Positions 28,958 to 39,132 of a stretch of 64,000 nt of DNA are shown one piece after another. Below the pieces are notes generated by a model. The model worked only from the letters and a program-made list of their open reading frames with translations. It did not search any database and had not been told where the DNA came from. The position numbers and the translations under genes were made by a program. Within the stretch, counting starts at the first letter, position 1. Every line of letters starts with the position of its first letter. This stretch comes from Thermococcus sp. JdFR-02 (GTDB lineage: Archaea; Methanobacteriota_B; Thermococci; Thermococcales; Thermococcaceae), in contig MTLP01000007.1 in the NCBI GenBank assembly GCA_002009975.1, positions 80,764 through 144,763 of the forward strand, written 5' to 3'.

Positions 28958-30853
28958 TCATGCCTCTTTTTTCTCCAGAATCTCCTCAATTGGGAATCCT
29001 TTTTCTCCTTTAACAAGCTTTCTAATGAAGAATTCAAGGATTAGTTTGTGTCTCTTTGCCCTGTGCCTTGGAGAACCCCTTATGCTATGCCCATGGGCAC
29101 CTTTTTTGAATATCGCGATGTAAGCTTCCTTCCCATAGTCCTTAAGAACATGATAGAACATTACCGATTGATCCAATGGACAGCGGTAATCCTCTAGGCT
29201 GTGAATTATTAAAATTGGTGCTTTGACATTTTTTGCATAAAAGAGTGGGCTTAGCTTTCTATAGTTTTCATTTTCGAGTGGATTATCTCCAATTTCCTCC
29301 TTTTCAAACCATAAGCCTATATCTGAAAAAGCATAACTTGTAAGCCAGTAGCTTATGCCATTCTCGCTTACAGCAGCTTTAAAGAGTTCACTTTGTGTAA
29401 CTGCCCAGTTGGTCATAAAGCCACCATAACTAATCCCGGTTATTCCGATCTTTTCCCCATCGGCATTTGGTTCGAGCTTAAGAAACTCTTTGATTCCCCT
29501 AAGAATGTCTTAAAAATCCTCCAAGCCAGTTCTTTCTAAAACTTTTAGTGCAAAATCTTCATCATAGCCATTGCTTCCCCTTGGGTTTACAAAAACTATG
29601 TAAAATCCCTTATCGGCTAAAAGCTGCATCATGTAGTGGAAGTAATAGCCATACATCCCTTTAGGTCCACCGTGGACGAAGACAATCACTGGAGCTTTTT
29701 CTCCCTCTTTGATATCAGGCTTTAAGTACCATCCATCAAGCTCCAATCCATCAAAGCTTTTGTACCTAAAGTGGTTTACTGCCCTAACCTTTACGCGCTT
29801 TAGAATTTCACCGTTATAATCAGTCATCTGCTTTAATCCCCCATCCCAGAGGAAAACTTCGCTTAACCTTGTATCGGTTTGTTTTAACAGAACAACTTTT
29901 CCATCATCACTCACATCAAAATCAACAATCCATGCGTTTTCATCAACTACTGGGATTTTTTCTTCCCCTTTAAGGACTTCAAGAGTTACTTTTCCTTCCT
30001 TGGCACTTATGAAATAAACGTCTCCTTGAGCATCAAGCTTTCCACGCCAGTTGTTATAGATAAAGCGCTCTGTTAAAGGCTTAACTTCCTTGCCATCCCA
30101 TATATAAAGATAGTCATGCTCGCTAATCTTTTCCTTCTTTGGCTTTCCTATCAAGAGCAAGAGCTTTCCATTTGAATCAATAGCCTCAAAAGAAACCTTT
30201 TCAAAGAGCTTTTCGCTGTTTCCATCTTTGTATGCATAGATGTCGTAAAATTTAAACAATTGTAGATTACCATCCTCGCGATGCGGCACATTATAAATTA
30301 CTTCATCACCATGCCATATTCCAAAGGAGAACTTGTCTGTTGTAAATTCCTCTAAGACCTCCTCACCCTCGGTGTCGTAAATCCAAAAAGTGGTCTTCTC
30401 CCCATCAAAGAAACCCTTGTTATCAAACCAAACTGGTACATCATCTTCAAAAATGAAGTCTTCGTCCTCCCTTCTCTTAAATCCCGTTATCAAAACTCTC
30501 CTATCATCTTTATTCCAGCTCACGTTGAGGATGTTTTTCACTTCCATAAGCTTTTTAGCACTCATTGATCTTAAATCTACGAGCCAGAGTTCGTTTGTCT
30601 TTTTCTCTTCATTTGGTCTAACAAAAGTCAGCTTATGGACACTTGGGGAAAATCTTGGCATCGTTGCATTCTCAACATATTTCCTTTCTCCGCTATTAAT
30701 CTCCTCGATGACGATTGTATTTTCATATTTGTTATCTCTCATGTTTGCTTTTGTCAAGACGTAAGCTATTTTCTTTCCATCTTTTGAAATCTTAACATCA
30801 CCTAAGTAGGCAAACTTTGCAAAAGTGTTTTCATCCCATTCGAATTTTGTCAT
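28958..30853 (-). pseudogene. S9 family peptidase interrupted by one in-frame TAA (29510-29512)
   Basis: ORFs 29510..30853 and 28958..29416 are in the same frame; the intervening 31 codons read DILRGIKEFLKLEPNADGEKIGITGISYGGF, including the GxSxG nucleophile. Confidence 0.85.
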
Positions 30854-30922
30854 AACGTTATCACCTAAATGTTCAAGAAGTTTTTAAAGTATTTAATCCT
30901 TAAGGTTATGGAAGGGGAAGAA

Positions 30923-31234
30923 ATGAAGGAAGAGCATGTTGTTATTGTAATCTTAGCTGTTGGTATTCTCATTTCATTGATAACGAGGAGGTATATAGGA
31001 ATAGTGCTTTCAGCTATTGGGATACCTTTGTATTTGGCATATATTTCAAGAGAGCAGAATATTTTAGCAAAATCAAGGCTTTTTGAGAGGGATTTGTTTT
31101 TGATGATGACCGTAACGATTTTTATAGTATTAGCCTTTGAGTACTTTTCTGATCCAAGGTTAGGACTGGTTGGAATGGCTCTCTTTATACCCATCGTTTT
31201 TTATGTCCTTGATAAATTAAAGACTAGAGAGTAA
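30923..31234 (+). CDS. Small membrane protein
   Basis: Four hydrophobic segments; purine-rich RBS before ATG 30923. Confidence 0.7.
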   Translation: MKEEHVVIVILAVGILISLITRRYIGIVLSAIGIPLYLAYISREQNILAKSRLFERDLFLMMTVTIFIVLAFEYFSDPRLGLVGMALFIPIVFYVLDKLKTRE

Positions 31235-31870
31235 TTTAAGAATTTCCTTGGTATTTTTCTCCTTTTTGTAAATTGTCAGTGCCTTTCTCATATCTTTTAG
31301 GAAGCTTTCATCTATCTTAAATCTCTCCCTCACTCTCCTAGAAATCGCATTTTCAGAGAGGAATACCACAGATATAGCCGCGGTTAGATTCTTTGGCTTC
31401 CTTCTTAGACTCGCCTTTTCAAAGTCTATTATCCAAACATCGCTCTTTCCTATGATTATATGCTTTCCTCCCTGAATCTGTCCATGATCAATGTTTAACC
31501 CATCAAGTGCAAGTGTTTTTTCAAAAATCTTCAACAAATGATGCTTTTTAACATCTGCATAGAGAATTGGAATTCCTTCTGCAAATTTTCTAACTAAATA
31601 ATCCAATCCTTCAAACTTTCCTGTAAAAAGGAGTTCTGGAATGATATTTGTCCCTTGTAGAATTTCAAGGATTTTTGCCTCTTTTTCTATGGTTTTTCTT
31701 GGGGAATCTTTCCTCTGGAGTTTTATGAGAATTTTTTCATTTTTAAGCTCTCCAGTGAAAACTAAGCTTGTATTACCCTTAGAAAAGGGAGTGATATTCT
31801 TTATTCCCCTTTCTTTTAAATGTTTGTAAAACCTCTCTAAGGTTTCTTCATCGATTAAATGACCTATCAT
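31217..31870 (-). CDS. Ser/Thr protein kinase-like protein (COG2112-like)
   Basis: SKGNTSLVF, LIK, IDHGQI, IIDFEKAS. Confidence 0.8.
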   Translation of the reverse strand: MIGHLIDEETLERFYKHLKERGIKNITPFSKGNTSLVFTGELKNEKILIKLQRKDSPRKTIEKEAKILEILQGTNIIPELLFTGKFEGLDYLVRKFAEGIPILYADVKKHHLLKIFEKTLALDGLNIDHGQIQGGKHIIIGKSDVWIIDFEKASLRRKPKNLTAAISVVFLSENAISRRVRERFKIDESFLKDMRKALTIYKKEKNTKEILKLLSSL

Positions 31871-31925
31871 GGCATTTCGATAACCTTAAATACCTTGCAA
31901 GTTAAAATTATTTTGGTGGTAAACT

Positions 31926-32153
31926 ATGGTGACTGCATTTATTTTGATGGTTACAGCAGCAGGGAAGGAAAGGGAAGTTATGGAGAAGTTATTAGCTATG
32001 CCAGAGGTTAAGGAAGCTTATGTAGTTTATGGGGAATATGACTTAATAGTCAAAGTTGAAACAGATACACTAAAAGATTTGGATCAATTCATAACAGAAA
32101 AGATAAGAAAAATGCCAGAGATACAGATGACATCAACAATGATAGCCATCTGA
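31926..32153 (+). CDS. Stand-alone Lrp/AsnC ligand-binding domain protein
   Basis: MVTAFILM...VVYGEYDLIVKVE...TSTMI. Confidence 0.9.
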   Translation: MVTAFILMVTAAGKEREVMEKLLAMPEVKEAYVVYGEYDLIVKVETDTLKDLDQFITEKIRKMPEIQMTSTMIAI

Positions 32154-32250
32154 TGAACTTCCCACTCCTAAATCCTTTCTTTTCTATAGGCTATTTGTGA
32201 ATCCTTAAGTTTTTAAAACTTAAACAACCAGCTCTTTTAGGTGGGTTGAA

Positions 32251-32877
32251 ATGCCGTACCTAGTTATTGAGCATCTTGAGGAGATAAGTGAGTGGCTCTG
32301 GCTTGAATATTCTCATGTAGCTAAATGGTGGAAAGATAAGCTCATTTTTACAAATGTTAGAGAAGATGAAAGGGAAAAATTAGCTAAACTTGGGAGCGTT
32401 ATAAGTGAAAGTGTCACGAAATTTCCTTTTGATAGGTCAAAGATCATCGTTTTAGATCTGCAAGCAAAGGAAGAGCTGAAGCCTGAAGACATAAGCGAAG
32501 ACACCATAATCGTCGTTGGCGGAATTTTAGGAGATGCTATTCCAAAAGGGAGAACGAAAGAGTTCATAACCTCAAAGATGGAAGGAGTAAAAGTTAGGCA
32601 CATAGGAAAGCCGCAATATTCGATTGATGGTGCTTCAATCGTGGCAAAGCTTATTGCAGATGGAAAAAGACTTGATGAAATAGGATATGAAGAAAATCCC
32701 ACGATAAAGCTTGATGAATTCAGTGAAATAACTTTGCATTATGCAGTTCCAAAGTTGAATGGAAAGCTTTTGTTAACGCCGGGGTTAATAGAGTTGCAGA
32801 AGAGGGAGCTTGGGTTTGATGAAGATATAGATGATGAAGAGATTGAGGAGTTCTTTGAAGGAAATAGAGAACTCTGA
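32251..32877 (+). CDS. Sfm1-like SPOUT methyltransferase
   Basis: VIEHLE, WLWLEY, VGGILGD, RHIGKPQYSIDGA. Confidence 0.8.
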   Translation: MPYLVIEHLEEISEWLWLEYSHVAKWWKDKLIFTNVREDEREKLAKLGSVISESVTKFPFDRSKIIVLDLQAKEELKPEDISEDTIIVVGGILGDAIPKGRTKEFITSKMEGVKVRHIGKPQYSIDGASIVAKLIADGKRLDEIGYEENPTIKLDEFSEITLHYAVPKLNGKLLLTPGLIELQKRELGFDEDIDDEEIEEFFEGNREL

Positions 32878-32887
32878 GGTGAGTTGA

Positions 32888-33424
32888 ATGGTTAAAAACT
32901 TTGAGCTTCCAGAAGAGTTGATTGAGATTCTCCAGATACTTGAGTCTTTGAATGCAAAGGCTTATCTAATAGGTGCAAGAGCCCTACTAATGCACGGTGC
33001 ATTGGCAAGGACCACAAGAGATATAGACATTATGATAAACGTGGAGGATCTGAAAATCCTGCGCAGTGAATTAACAGAAAAGTTAAGGGAGAAAGGTTTT
33101 CTTGTTCAATGGCGTTCATGGGGATTGCTCGTGAAAAGCAAAAGTGGACTAGAAATAGACATAAATACCCCAATGCTTATTCTCGATGAAGAATTTCAGA
33201 AAAGGGCTATTCGAATATGGAGAAACTTCTACCTTCCTTCTGTGGAGGATTTAATTGTCACAAAGCTCATGTCACTGGAAAGAAAAGACTACGCCGATAT
33301 TAAAGAAGTATTCAGATTAGCTAAGAACATTGACTTTGAATACCTGTGCAAAAGGATAAGCCAAGCAAATCTTAAGAGGGAGTTCAACAGAATAGCCAGC
33401 AGGATAGGTGTAAGAAAATGCTGA
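32888..33424 (+). CDS. Pol-beta superfamily nucleotidyltransferase (AbiEii/DUF6036-like)
   Basis: YLIGARAL...RTTRDIDI, EDLIVTKL...RKDYADI. Confidence 0.8.
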   Translation: MVKNFELPEELIEILQILESLNAKAYLIGARALLMHGALARTTRDIDIMINVEDLKILRSELTEKLREKGFLVQWRSWGLLVKSKSGLEIDINTPMLILDEEFQKRAIRIWRNFYLPSVEDLIVTKLMSLERKDYADIKEVFRLAKNIDFEYLCKRISQANLKREFNRIASRIGVRKC

Positions 33425-33687
33425 AGCTATACCATATATTACCACGTGAAATTCTCAGAATTTTGGCTAAATATAATTTCCGTCTTGTTGGTCCCTGGAA
33501 AGAGTATTATCTGGCAAAAGGGAATGTTTTCTTGATACGTGAGCTACCTCTCAAAATTGCCTTCAAAGGGGAGGATAAGAGAATAATAGATGAATTGGAA
33601 CCTTATGCCGAAAGGATAATCAGGAGCAAGAATAAGGTCTCATTTAAAATAGGAAGGCACTGGGTTATCCTGGAATTTGAGGATTAA
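33418..33687 (+). CDS. Hypothetical protein translationally coupled to the nucleotidyltransferase
   Basis: Start overlaps upstream stop; 89 aa. Confidence 0.65.
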   Translation: MLKLYHILPREILRILAKYNFRLVGPWKEYYLAKGNVFLIRELPLKIAFKGEDKRIIDELEPYAERIIRSKNKVSFKIGRHWVILEFED

Positions 33688-33766
33688 ATTTATTCAAGAT
33701 GAAAAGGCATTTTTCACATTCCAGAGAGTTCTTTAAAACAATTTAAAACAAAAGAAAGGGATAAAA

Positions 33767-34354
33767 TCAACGTTTCTTTCTTCTCAAAACACCCAAAGGC
33801 AAAAGGGCGAGTGCAATTAGGGAAGCTGGACCACAGATTGCCTGAACACTGAGGCCTTTGTTTTCTTTGGGTGGGACGTAGAAAGTTATCTCCGAGCCAT
33901 CTTCAAAGACAATTTTCCAGTAGCCGGGACGGCTTCTGTCTGGGCAGGGGACTGCTGGGAGGTGATAATAATATTCTCTTCCTGAACTTTTCAGCTTTCC
34001 TTCTGCATAGAATCCCTTCCCATATAGAACTCCATTGGGGTCATAAATTCCTACAGTTTTTGGTTTCATCCAATACTCGCCTGTATCACCATAGTTATAA
34101 TACTTGTGCTTTGTAGTCTTAAAGGCAATAGCTTTATCGAGGTCGCATTTTTCCTCGACAAGTTTTTGCAGATCTGACGCTATTGTTTGGTTGCTTGTAT
34201 CCATGAACTTTAGCATGTTAACTTTATACCTTCCACTACTATCCTTTTCGCCAATACCAATCTCATAGAAACTCCAAGCATTTGCAACTGGGAAACTCAG
34301 AGCCAAAACAATCAGTAGAAGCACTAGCGAACTTTCTAAACTCTTAAGTCCCAT
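33767..34354 (-). CDS. Secreted protein with CGP-CTERM sorting signal
   Basis: Signal peptide; C-terminal ICGPASLIALALLPLGVLRRKKR. Confidence 0.88.
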   Translation of the reverse strand: MGLKSLESSLVLLLIVLALSFPVANAWSFYEIGIGEKDSSGRYKVNMLKFMDTSNQTIASDLQKLVEEKCDLDKAIAFKTTKHKYYNYGDTGEYWMKPKTVGIYDPNGVLYGKGFYAEGKLKSSGREYYYHLPAVPCPDRSRPGYWKIVFEDGSEITFYVPPKENKGLSVQAICGPASLIALALLPLGVLRRKKR

Positions 34355-34562
34355 TCCCTTCTACCTCCGGGTATTTATGTATTTCCCTTCTACCGAAGGG
34401 TTAAATATATACAAAAGTGACACACAGCAACATTATTGTTAAAATCCAAATTTTACATAGGGTGTAAATTACATGGTTATGTAAAAATGTAAGATCATCT
34501 AGGGAAACTTGATGGAAGACCCAGTGCTGAGAGTTGTTGCAGGGGAATTAGATTCATAAAAT

Positions 34563-34877
34563 TCAAACAACAATGCCTTCTCTCAGAGCTTCCCTAACAA
34601 TTCCAAGGCTTCTCTTCTTCCGTTCAAACTCCTCCGGAGTGTAGCACAGAATCTCAAAATCTCCAACAATGCCAGCGTTCCACAAAGCCTTCAAAACATC
34701 GCTTGACCTTTCGGTGAAGTGCTTTCCTTTAAAAGTCTTGGAAACGACAATAATGTCGTAGTCGCTGTCCTTGAGATAATCTCCTCTAATCCGAGAGCCA
34801 AAGAATATAATTTTTGCATCGGGATAGTGTTGCCTTATAACCTTTGCAATCCTTAAAGTCCAAGTTTTTGCCTGCAA
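34563..34877 (-). CDS. Minimal nucleotidyltransferase (MNT)
   Basis: FFGSRIRGDYLKDSDYDIIVVS, YTPEEF. Confidence 0.88.
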   Translation of the reverse strand: MQAKTWTLRIAKVIRQHYPDAKIIFFGSRIRGDYLKDSDYDIIVVSKTFKGKHFTERSSDVLKALWNAGIVGDFEILCYTPEEFERKKRSLGIVREALREGIVV

Positions 34878-35237
34878 AATTCAATCACCTTCTTGGCTTT
34901 TCGAGATGTTCAATCGCCATTCGCTCATTGTAAATCTTTGCCGGAACTTCATTTGCAGCATCAGGATACCTTGTAACGATGTACTCTGGATTCAAATCAA
35001 GAACACCATCAATTATCTCCTCGTCTTTAATTCCAAGTTCATTTGAAAGTCTTAACAAACTGTGAGTTTTCGGAGGGGATTCCCTTTTAACCTCAATATA
35101 CAAAGCTTTCAAAGCTTTTTCAGCAGCTTGTTGAGAAAAAACACGCTGGCGTAATATCTTTTAACCTCAACTAATGCCTCAGCAGTTTTTAAATCTTCCA
35201 ATGCCTGTTCCCATAAAAGTTTCGCTTCGTTTCTCAT
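34853..35237 (-). pseudogene. HEPN domain protein with two single-base deletions
   Basis: MRNEAKLLWEQALEDL...YYASVFF/SQQAAEKALKALY...KTHSL...TRYPD...HLE/KAKKVIEFCRQKLGL; restoring one base at the 35136-41 run and one at the 34898-901 run gives a 128-aa ORF. Confidence 0.82.
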
Positions 35238-35267
35238 GTTTATCACAACAACTCTGCATGAGTGGAT

Positions 35268-35568
35268 TTAACTCTTTCTCCACTTCTCACTAATCTCTTC
35301 TATTTTCTCACTGACCTCCTTTCTGTCTTTCTTAATCAACAACTAGGAAAATTTCCTGAACACTGCCATTACTTTTTGCTAAAAGCTTTAATCCGGTTAG
35401 AGTTTCCCTAACAACTTTAATCTCAGAGCCCCGTGAATCGCTTGCATAAGTCCTTCCGGGAATTACTTTCTTGACTCCTCCTATTTCAGCAATCTCTTCA
35501 AGAATCGATAAAATGCCCTTGAGGAGATGATGTTCAAGCTTGACGCCTTTTTTGATGTGCTTGGGCAT
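35268..35568 (-). pseudogene. DUF2103-like protein with a +1 frameshift near its 3' end
   Basis: MPKHIKKGVKLEHH...VIPG...SVQEIFLVVD then TAA; removing one T gives KKDRKEVSEKIEEISEKWRKS*. Confidence 0.65.
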
Positions 35569-35612
35569 CTCTAAGCCATCTCCACCCATTATCAAGTTTA
35601 AAATCCGTTATT

Positions 35613-36710
35613 TTATCCTAAATCTGCATTTATAAACTTGATGTAGCCTACTATAAACATGCATAAGAAAGAACTCAACATAAGAATTAGATACTGCCAC
35701 ACAAAACTTAGAGCCTCCCAAAGAGAACCTTCCCACCCCATTGTGTAATCTGATAGGACAATGTCTCCGTTGGCGTTAATTCTCATGCCTGAACTCTCGG
35801 GCATAGTGTTACAATTCCCAACGCACACTTTTCTAACGGCCATTTTTGAGATGATTCTTTTATACCATTCTCCCGGCACAAAGAGTGTGAGCTTTCTGTA
35901 TATGTAGTCTGAGTTTTCACGGTACCGGATAATCATATCATACATGTCTATTTTTTCATTAAGTGTACCGCTGATTTTTATTCTCTCTTCAAGTGAAGTT
36001 AAACCACCCGTACGCTCAATGTTTACTCCATAGGGTTCAAGTTCTTCCTGTAGTTCTTTGAAAGCAATGTTGCTAGCAGCTTTGAACACAAAGAATGGAT
36101 ATACCATCTCAACAAGTATTACAAGGAGTAAACCAAGAATCAGTGTGTTTTTCGGGTTCTTAATTAAAATCGAGATAAATATGCCGGTGCTCAGATAAAT
36201 GAGGGTATAAAGAAAGGTTATAGGAAAAAGCACGCTCAAAACTTTTAAATCAAAGAGCGTTACGGGAATGCCTTTAACTAAAGCCAAACCAATGCCTGTT
36301 ATGTAGAAGATTAAAAGACCGATAAATACTGTGGCTAATGCTCCCAAAAACTTACCGATATAAAACTGATCTCTATAAAGAGGATGGCTTAAAGTTACCC
36401 TAATAGTCCCCTTTTGGATTTCTTGGTTTATTAAGTCAGCACCAAGAAGAATGCCTAGGAAAGGTACCACTTTTACAAGAACTTGGTGAAAGGGAAGGAA
36501 AATCCTTGTAAAGGGTGAAATCATGCTTCTGAGCTTGCCTGCGAGCTGTAGGAGCTGAGGATCATCAAAAGCATAGCTCCCAGAGGAAACATTGTAAATT
36601 GCTAAAACCGCAAATCCAACGAAAATCAAAAGTATCCCTGTAAATCTCTTCGTTTTTATGTTTGTTTGGATATCCTTTAGTGCTATATTAACTATTGGAC
36701 TTAAGTTCAT
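35613..36710 (-). CDS. ABC-2 type transporter permease
   Basis: GADLINQEIQKGTIRVTLSHPLYRDQFYIGKFLG; multi-TM; start ATG 36710. Confidence 0.85.
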   Translation of the reverse strand: MNLSPIVNIALKDIQTNIKTKRFTGILLIFVGFAVLAIYNVSSGSYAFDDPQLLQLAGKLRSMISPFTRIFLPFHQVLVKVVPFLGILLGADLINQEIQKGTIRVTLSHPLYRDQFYIGKFLGALATVFIGLLIFYITGIGLALVKGIPVTLFDLKVLSVLFPITFLYTLIYLSTGIFISILIKNPKNTLILGLLLVILVEMVYPFFVFKAASNIAFKELQEELEPYGVNIERTGGLTSLEERIKISGTLNEKIDMYDMIIRYRENSDYIYRKLTLFVPGEWYKRIISKMAVRKVCVGNCNTMPESSGMRINANGDIVLSDYTMGWEGSLWEALSFVWQYLILMLSSFLCMFIVGYIKFINADLG

Positions 36711-36808
36711 AGTTGTTAATTTGAGTTTTAAATTTAAAAATTTATTGACAAAAATTTTATATACTAGCAAGCCGAAATAATAAACGAACCTCCCTTGGAG
36801 GTGATGAG

Positions 36809-37171
36809 ATGAGGAGGTTGCTCGCAGGAATGCTCCTCCTCGGGAGCCTCTTTTTGAGCTTAGCGGCGGCCGCAAATGGAATATCTCTACTGAGCTGTTG
36901 GTACCCATGGGACTACGACACTGATGTTCGCCAGTGGAATGATAATGAGTGGGTCTGGGCAGGAGTTCGCGGACAGGTTGAGATCTGTGATGGACAATTT
37001 CAGAGAATCCTTACAGACACCGTGAAGCATACTGCATACTGGAAAGGAGTAAACGTCATTGATGTGGTTAAATATAAGTCTCCTGAACGTGCAATAACCC
37101 AAATCCATTACAGAAGAACAAATGGCAATGAGGGATACGCAACGGCATACATACCAAACTTCTACCGTTAG
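36809..37171 (+). CDS. Small secreted protein (120 aa)
   Basis: TATA-like TTTTATATA and GGAGGTGA RBS; signal peptide ending AAAA; Trp/Tyr-rich mature part with two Cys. Confidence 0.8.
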   Translation: MRRLLAGMLLLGSLFLSLAAAANGISLLSCWYPWDYDTDVRQWNDNEWVWAGVRGQVEICDGQFQRILTDTVKHTAYWKGVNVIDVVKYKSPERAITQIHYRRTNGNEGYATAYIPNFYR

Positions 37172-37182
37172 GGGGCAAATGT

Positions 37183-38208
37183 ATGAAAAAACTTTTCATC
37201 TTTATTTTTTCCTTTCTGCTCCTTTCTCCTGCTTATGCTCTTCCTTCATGGTTTAAGGAAGGGGTTTATGTGAAATATGCCCTTCTGATGCCCAATGATA
37301 GGAATTCAAAAGAATTTCACCTGTTCTTCCTCCATCCAGCTTTAATCAGTCACGACGTTTATCAAAAGCTTTTACAGGTTAATGAAAGGTGGAAGGATGC
37401 CCCAGAGGTTAGCAAAGTGCGGGAAGATAAGCTCATTGGTCTTTCTGTTTATGGGAATGTTTTTCTGACTTTTAAGGTCATTAATGTTACTGAGGAGAGT
37501 GCACTGATTAATGTAACTCTTGAACTTTACAACATCAGCGTAAACTTCTGGCGTCCTCTGGATGCCTTGAATATTTCCACGCTTTTAGTTCTTAATTTGA
37601 CGGATTTAACTTACAGGGATGAGAATGGAAGTGTAATTGGAAGACCATCATTCTTCATCGATCCCCAAAATCCACCAAAGACAGGGGATTTATTTGCCAA
37701 GCTTGATATACCCGGCGTGTATGTTGAGGATGACCTTAAAATAGGGAACATCTCCTATACTACACACATGAATCAAACCCTTCTGACTTACGCCAGAAAC
37801 TTCACCCCACCCTACATAACTGTAACTGCTAAACCCGTCTCAATGGCTTGGATAACTAAGGATAGCAGTTTGTCAGGGAGATACAGGTTTAGAGCAACTT
37901 ATGACTTCATGAGTGGCGTAATGGTAGGGTCTCTTTTTACAATCTCCCCAGAGTTCTTGGAGATGGGTGTTGTTTTTACTACCTTCATTGACTATACTGC
38001 CACAAGGAATCTTGAGGAGCTTCAAAAGAACGGAGAGGATAAGGTTAAATGGTGGCTTCAAGGGTTTAATCTTTATGAAACTAATATAGAGTTCTGGGAG
38101 CCTAAAAAGGTTGAAGCTCCAGAAAGCAGCATGAAGTACTTCTTTATCGTCGGGCTTTTCTTGTTGATCATAATACTTGTAAAAAGACTTATGGGGGAAA
38201 GAAAATGA
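37183..38208 (+). CDS. Secreted, C-terminally anchored hypothetical protein (paralog A)
   Basis: Signal peptide, ALPSWFKEG, C-terminal TM helix plus basic residues; many NxT/S sequons. Confidence 0.8.
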   Translation: MKKLFIFIFSFLLLSPAYALPSWFKEGVYVKYALLMPNDRNSKEFHLFFLHPALISHDVYQKLLQVNERWKDAPEVSKVREDKLIGLSVYGNVFLTFKVINVTEESALINVTLELYNISVNFWRPLDALNISTLLVLNLTDLTYRDENGSVIGRPSFFIDPQNPPKTGDLFAKLDIPGVYVEDDLKIGNISYTTHMNQTLLTYARNFTPPYITVTAKPVSMAWITKDSSLSGRYRFRATYDFMSGVMVGSLFTISPEFLEMGVVFTTFIDYTATRNLEELQKNGEDKVKWWLQGFNLYETNIEFWEPKKVEAPESSMKYFFIVGLFLLIIILVKRLMGERK

Positions 38209-39128
38209 AGAAAACATGCGTTATCTTACTCACGATGCTCCTTCCTTCCGTTTACGCTCTTCCTTCATGGTTTAAGGAGGGAGCTTACGTAACTTATGCA
38301 GCATTCCCTTATAGGGATAGACCATTTCCCACGGCAATAATGCTGACAGAGAACGATGCCATTCTGGAAGCCCATGGAAACGTCACCTTAACATTCAATA
38401 TAACCAAGATATCCGGGAGCATCGCATATATAAACGTAACTCTCAAGCTTCTTGATGTTGAGATAAAACCCGAAGGAGAGCGCTTTGGAGAGATGGTATT
38501 CTCTGAGGTTTTAACCCTTGATCTGAAAAACCTAATGTACGTAGAGAATGGAACTCCCGCTGGAAAGCCTATCTTTTTTATTGACCCAAAAAATCCTCCT
38601 CAATTGAATGAAACAATCTTCGGAACCGGTATGAGAGTTGAAAATGTGACTCCCTCATTCCTTGCCCCAATAGTTTACGCTGGCAAAGTGAAAAGCGGTG
38701 TTGAACTGGAACTTAGGGGATACAACGCAACTGCGGAAGTTTCGAGAATCCTCGGCATTGAGGTTAAGGGAACATTCTACGACATGATGGATGGCGTAGA
38801 GAGGAGCACATATGATAACTCAACGGGTTTGCTTCTCTGCAATTTTCCTCCCGTTACCTATGAAATAAAGAAAATGGGCTTTAGATATGCCAACTTTTAT
38901 GACCAGCTTGCAATGCACCGTTTCCTCGTGCAGCTGAAGCGCCATGAAGTGGTAAAGGAGAACCATGCCTACTGCGGCAGGGGGATGAACCTCTACAAAA
39001 CGAACATTCCCGTGCCCTTTGAAGAGTACGTGTGGGTTGAGAGTGAGCGGAATTGGAAGGGCATGCTTATTGGAGCGGCGATAGGGATATTGGCGATCAT
39101 TATCGTGCTCATAAAAATCCGGAGGTGA
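38205..39128 (+). CDS. Secreted, C-terminally anchored hypothetical protein (paralog B)
   Basis: Shares ALPSWFKEG, GxPxFFIDPxNPP, TYD, GxNLYxTNI with the upstream gene. Confidence 0.8.
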   Translation: MKKTCVILLTMLLPSVYALPSWFKEGAYVTYAAFPYRDRPFPTAIMLTENDAILEAHGNVTLTFNITKISGSIAYINVTLKLLDVEIKPEGERFGEMVFSEVLTLDLKNLMYVENGTPAGKPIFFIDPKNPPQLNETIFGTGMRVENVTPSFLAPIVYAGKVKSGVELELRGYNATAEVSRILGIEVKGTFYDMMDGVERSTYDNSTGLLLCNFPPVTYEIKKMGFRYANFYDQLAMHRFLVQLKRHEVVKENHAYCGRGMNLYKTNIPVPFEEYVWVESERNWKGMLIGAAIGILAIIIVLIKIRR

Positions 39129-39132
39129 TAAC

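Noticed and set aside
29510-29512. Programmed readthrough (Sec/Pyl) of the peptidase stop
   Set aside because: The codon is TAA, not TGA/TAG, and lies at a non-catalytic position.
34505-34560. TTGATGG...CTGA resembling a C/D box RNA
   Set aside because: Poor C box and no second C'/D pair at the expected spacing.
36711-36908. 66-aa N-terminal extension of the ABC permease in the ORF track
   Set aside because: Runs through the divergent promoter and antisense to the 120-aa gene; ATG 36710 is the plausible start.
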